Shown here piece by piece: positions 25,546 to 28,930 of a stretch of DNA of 28,930 nucleotides. Numbering within the stretch: position 1 is the stretch's first letter; each line of letters starts with the position of its first letter. The translations under genes were made by a program, and so were the position numbers. Below the pieces are notes generated by a model. The model did no database searches. It saw only the letters and a program-made list of their open reading frames with translations, and was not told where the DNA came from. Source of the stretch: Myxococcota bacterium (lineage in GTDB: Bacteria > Myxococcota > JACRCW01); NCBI GenBank assembly GCA_040752415.1, contig JBFMGU010000134.1:1-28930 (forward strand), given 5' to 3'.

Positions 25546-26694
25546 ATGAGGATTCTCTACGGCATTGTTGGGGAGGGCATGGGTCACGCCACGCGCAGTC
25601 GCGTGATCCTGGAGCACCTGCTGGCGCAGGGACACAACGTGCGCGTGGTGGTCTCCGGTCGGGCGCACGGGTTCCTCACGCAGCGGTTCAAGGACCGGCC
25701 GGGCATCGTCTTCGAGGAGATCCACGGGTTGCACCTCACGTACGAGGGCAACGCGGTGGACAAGAGCCAGAGCCTGCTCACGAACCTGGAGGAGGCGCCG
25801 CGCGGCGTCCTCAAGAACGTCGAGGTGTACCGGAAGGTGGCGGAGCAGGGGTTCAAGCCCGAGGTGGTCATCAGCGACTTCGAGAGCTGGGCCTATCTCT
25901 ACGGTCGCAACCACCGGCTGCCGGTGATCAGCGTCGACAACATGCAGGTGCTCAACCGCTGCCGCCACGACGACTTCACCACCAACGAGCGCAGCACCGC
26001 GTTCCTGATGGCCAAGCTGGCCGTGAAGATGAAGCTGCCGGGCGCGTACCACTACCTGGTCACCAGCTTCTTCTTCCCGCCGGTGCGCAAGCCGCGGACC
26101 ACGCTGGTGCCACCCATCCTGCGCCCGGAGATCCTCGCCGCCCGACGAGAACCGGGGGCGCACGTGCTGGTCTACCAGACCGCGGCCAGCAACCAGGAGC
26201 TCATTCCCACGCTCAAGAAGCTCCCCTACGAGTTCCGCGTCTACGGGCTGGGTCGCAGCGGTCAGGAAGACAACGTGCGCCTGTGCGCGTTCTCGGAGAC
26301 CGGCTTTGTCGACGACCTGCGCACCGCACGCGCGGTGATTGCCGGCGGGGGCTATTCGCTGATGGGGGAGGCGGTGCACCTGCGCGTTCCCATGCTCAGC
26401 GTTCCGCTCGAGAGCCAGTATGAGCAGGAGCTCAACGCGCGCTACCTGCAGAAGCTGGGCTACGGGCGCTTTGCCACGCGGCTGGACGCGGACAACATCA
26501 GCGCGTTCCTTGAGAACACCCGGGAGCACCAGCACGCGCTGGAACGGTACCAACCGCGCGACAACGGCATGACGCTGACGCTGGTGGATGAGCTGCTCAA
26601 GCACGTGGAGCTGGACGAGCCGCCGCCGGCGCGCCTGGAGTCCCCGTCGATGGGCCGCTACGACGGGCCGCCGCTGCCCGACGACGAGGAGTGA
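25546..26694 (+). CDS. GT-B glycosyltransferase, MJ1255/VC2487 family
   Basis: Motifs MRILYGIVGEGMGHATRS, PEVVISDFE, AVIAGGGYSLMGEA, QYEQELNARYLQKLGYG. GAGGAG RBS. Confidence 0.9.
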   Translation: MRILYGIVGEGMGHATRSRVILEHLLAQGHNVRVVVSGRAHGFLTQRFKDRPGIVFEEIHGLHLTYEGNAVDKSQSLLTNLEEAPRGVLKNVEVYRKVAEQGFKPEVVISDFESWAYLYGRNHRLPVISVDNMQVLNRCRHDDFTTNERSTAFLMAKLAVKMKLPGAYHYLVTSFFFPPVRKPRTTLVPPILRPEILAARREPGAHVLVYQTAASNQELIPTLKKLPYEFRVYGLGRSGQEDNVRLCAFSETGFVDDLRTARAVIAGGGYSLMGEAVHLRVPMLSVPLESQYEQELNARYLQKLGYGRFATRLDADNISAFLENTREHQHALERYQPRDNGMTLTLVDELLKHVELDEPPPARLESPSMGRYDGPPLPDDEE

Positions 26695-26983
26695 CCGCGC
26701 GTCACGAAGCGGGTGAGCGGGACAGCGGCGCCCGGGGCAGCGCGGGCCAGGCGTGGTCGCGGTCCGCTCCCAGCTCCGCATCCCGCGGTTCAAAATGGGA
26801 TTGGCCCCTGGTCCATTCACCGACGCAGATTGTTCGTGCGGAACGCGGGACCTCGCGTGTCTCGCGGCATTCCCGGGCGGCATCGCGATGTGTTAGGTAG
26901 TCATCAACCCGACGCGGCGAGCTCCGCGTCCGAGCCAAGGTCGTCGTGGACGGCCGCGTTCCCGGATGGGAGGAGATTGCGCA

Positions 26984-27592
26984 ATGGTCTACGTTCCGAA
27001 TGTCCGCGCGCACAACGGTGGCGCCCTCACCTCGACGTGGCTCGACAGCCAGAACCGGATTTCCTACGGCCGCGGGGTGCTCACGACGGAGAGCCGCGGG
27101 GTGCTGGGTGTTGACTACGCCGGCCGGAACGCAGAAGGCCTCGACACCTACCGGGTGCGTGTCCACAACGGAGCCGCCTACCGACTGACCGCGGACAAGG
27201 ATGGCTGGCTTCCCGCGATGTCGACGGGTGGCGCCACGGACCCGTGGTTCCACATCAACGTGAAGGAGCGCGTGGTCTACCTCACCCGGGGCGAGGACCG
27301 CGGTACGGCGCCCGCAGACCCCAAGGACGTCCCGCAGATTGATCGGCCGGACTCCGGCAGTGGGAAGGTTGCGTTCTGGGCTGCTCAGTTCCAGGGGATG
27401 GGAGCGCCGTTCGCGCTGGTGAGTCGCCTGCCTGGCGCCGAGGTGCCAGCTTCCAACGCGGCAGCCCAGGCCATCGACAAGCAGGTCACGGCGGATTTCG
27501 TGAAGAGCCAGGGCCAGGCCCCCACTTCGGGCGCAACGCCGATGGCGGTCCGTTTGGGCCAACACGCGCAACGCAGCCGCTCCGACGAGTGA
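26984..27592 (+). CDS. Hypothetical protein
   Basis: ATG 26984 with GGAGGAG RBS; GC3-biased codons; no family recognised. Confidence 0.65.
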   Translation: MVYVPNVRAHNGGALTSTWLDSQNRISYGRGVLTTESRGVLGVDYAGRNAEGLDTYRVRVHNGAAYRLTADKDGWLPAMSTGGATDPWFHINVKERVVYLTRGEDRGTAPADPKDVPQIDRPDSGSGKVAFWAAQFQGMGAPFALVSRLPGAEVPASNAAAQAIDKQVTADFVKSQGQAPTSGATPMAVRLGQHAQRSRSDE

Positions 27593-27774
27593 AACGGCCG
27601 GGAGCTTCGTGCACGGACCGCCCATCCCTGAGCGCGTGGGTCACCGGGCGCCGCAACGCTGTCAGCTTTGACGCCGGCTCAGCAGCGACCGCCTCATGAC
27701 GTCGTGCAGCAACACACCTCGGTTCCGCGTTGGCAATGCCACTCGAAATTGCGTGAAGCAGGATTGACTTGCTG

Positions 27775-28314
27775 TCAGGCTGTCGGCACGTCGAAGACGA
27801 AGCACGTTGTGGTCGCATGGGCGTACAGCTTGCCCTGTTCGTCTTCAACACGGGCTTCGGCTGTGGCGAGCTGTCGACCACCGTGGACCACCTTGCCGAC
27901 CGCGCGAAGCGGGCCGGTCTTGTGGGAGGCAGGCCGCACGATGTTCATGCTGAGTTCGGCCGTCGTGTAGGAACGCCCGGCCGGCAGCGTGGTCTGCACT
28001 GCACAGCCCAGGGCTGAGTCCAACAGCGTGGCAAACCAGCCGCCGTGCACCGTGCCCAGAGGGTTGTAGTGCTGCGGAAGCGGGATGCCTTGGAACACGG
28101 CGCGGCCGTTGTCCACCTCCAGCAACGTCATGTTCATGGTTTCGTTCATGGGTGGATACGGCAACTCGCCGGACATCATGGCTTCGAGAATCTCGCGCCC
28201 GCCCTTGCCGGCCAGCTGCTCCATTCGGGCGAGGCCAGGCTTGCCTCCGCCTGCTATCGAACGTTGCCGTGTGGCTTCCTGCTGAGCGGTCCAGTTTTTG
28301 GTCGGTGGAGTCAT
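27775..28314 (-). CDS. PaaI-family (hotdog-fold) thioesterase
   Basis: Motifs HYNPLGTVHGGWFATLLDSALGCA, TTAELSMNIVRP, LYAHATTTC. ATG 28314 with AGGA upstream. Confidence 0.92.
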   Translation of the reverse strand: MTPPTKNWTAQQEATRQRSIAGGGKPGLARMEQLAGKGGREILEAMMSGELPYPPMNETMNMTLLEVDNGRAVFQGIPLPQHYNPLGTVHGGWFATLLDSALGCAVQTTLPAGRSYTTAELSMNIVRPASHKTGPLRAVGKVVHGGRQLATAEARVEDEQGKLYAHATTTCFVFDVPTA

Positions 28315-28401
28315 GGGTGTTCCTGATAACTGCATACGCGGTGGTTCAAAGAGAACAAGAACATCGAGCTCTGGCGGTGAGGTGACGTCCGGGCGAGGAT
28401 T

Positions 28402-28806
28402 TCAGGCGAGTCCAAGTGCTTTCCTCAGGCTCGCATCGACTGGGCCGTGAGGCAGGAAGCGGCGCAATTTGCTCAAGAGAGACGCCTGTCCGGCCGGCGT
28501 GCGACGCATGCGCCAGGTGCCAAGCGCCGCTTCGACAATCGTGTTTGCCACGCCATCGGGTTCAGGGGCGCTGTTGACACTGTTGGCGACAGAGCGCGAT
28601 GCGATGTCACGTTCGCGGTCGTAGTCGGTGATCTTCGAGCGCGCCTGAGGCGAATTGGCCTCCAGATTGGTCCTCGTATAAGACGGTTCGACCAGCGTTA
28701 CGCGGATGCCGAACTGGCGTACCTCGTGATCCAGGGATTCAGACAGCCCCTCCACGGCATGCTTGGAGGCCGAATAGAGTCCCATGTACGGTGCCGGGAG
28801 AAAGCC
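28402..28806 (-). pseudogene. C-terminal half of a short-chain dehydrogenase/reductase, 5'-truncated by an IS end
   Basis: GFLPAPYMGLYSASKHAVEGLSESLDHEVRQFGIRVTLVEP carries the catalytic YxxxK. SDR-like sequence stops at 28806, the frame meets TGA at 28882-28884 upstream, and there is no Rossmann TGxxxGxG motif. Confidence 0.85.
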
Positions 28807-28930
28807 TGCGCATTCCGGCGAAGCCGGACACCCGTTCCACGCATGCCGGACACCTGAGGGCCGCGCCCGCGGGGCCTGATGTCACTTCCCAGACTCCGGG
28901 GACGGGGTCAACGGGCCTCGCCCACGGGTC
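28807..28930. mobile_element. Terminal part of a probable IS21-family insertion sequence
   Basis: Begins TGCGCATTCC exactly where the SDR breaks. Two sub-terminal direct repeats with a 22-bp period: ATTCCGGCGAAGCCGGACACC (28812-28832) and GTTCCACGCATGCCGGACACC (28834-28854). 5'-TG ends and repeated inner motifs are typical of IS21. No transposase lies within the window. Confidence 0.7.
28882..28930 (-). CDS. Possible last codons of an IS gene (IstB-like C-terminus ..TRGRGPLTPSPESGK*)
   Basis: A minus-strand frame entering from the edge ends in TGA at 28882-28884, 75 bp inside the IS end. Only 15 codons are visible. Confidence 0.3.
   Translation of the reverse strand, partial: TRGRGPLTPSPESGK

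Noticed and set aside
27661..27672. GTCA-N4-TGAC as a third copy of the operator
   Set aside because: The spacing is wrong, it is a single site, and it lies between convergent genes.

Overview
High-GC window with strong Myxococcota (myxobacterial) hallmarks: MYXO-CTERM tails, Asp-Ala-Gly-rich stalks, TPR-PEGA and kinase-PEGA proteins. Positions ~1-22,000 form a cell-surface locus. It holds a divergent TPR-PEGA gene (cut by the window edge and missing from the ORF track) and two tandem paralogous ~1,450-1,480 aa surface proteins (12 NHL repeats, Ig/PKD-like domain, Cys-rich stalk, MYXO-CTERM), each preceded by a conserved palindromic operator/promoter block. It also holds three paralogous ~950-1,000 aa FG-GAP/VCBS lipoproteins, one carrying a 7 x 8-aa repeat insert, a membrane Ser/Thr kinase with PEGA lying between them, and a convergent PEGA membrane protein with two TolB-N/CsgG-like domains. 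Next come a GyrI-like protein, a Gly-rich lipoprotein, a secreted HEXXH protein (probably on a leaderless mRNA), an MJ1255-type glycosyltransferase and a hypothetical protein. The window ends in a lower-GC segment with a PaaI thioesterase and an SDR gene truncated by the end of a probable IS21-family element. No rRNA, tRNA or CRISPR array was seen. All family calls come from motif recognition by eye with no database search, and GC values are hand counts of sample lines.
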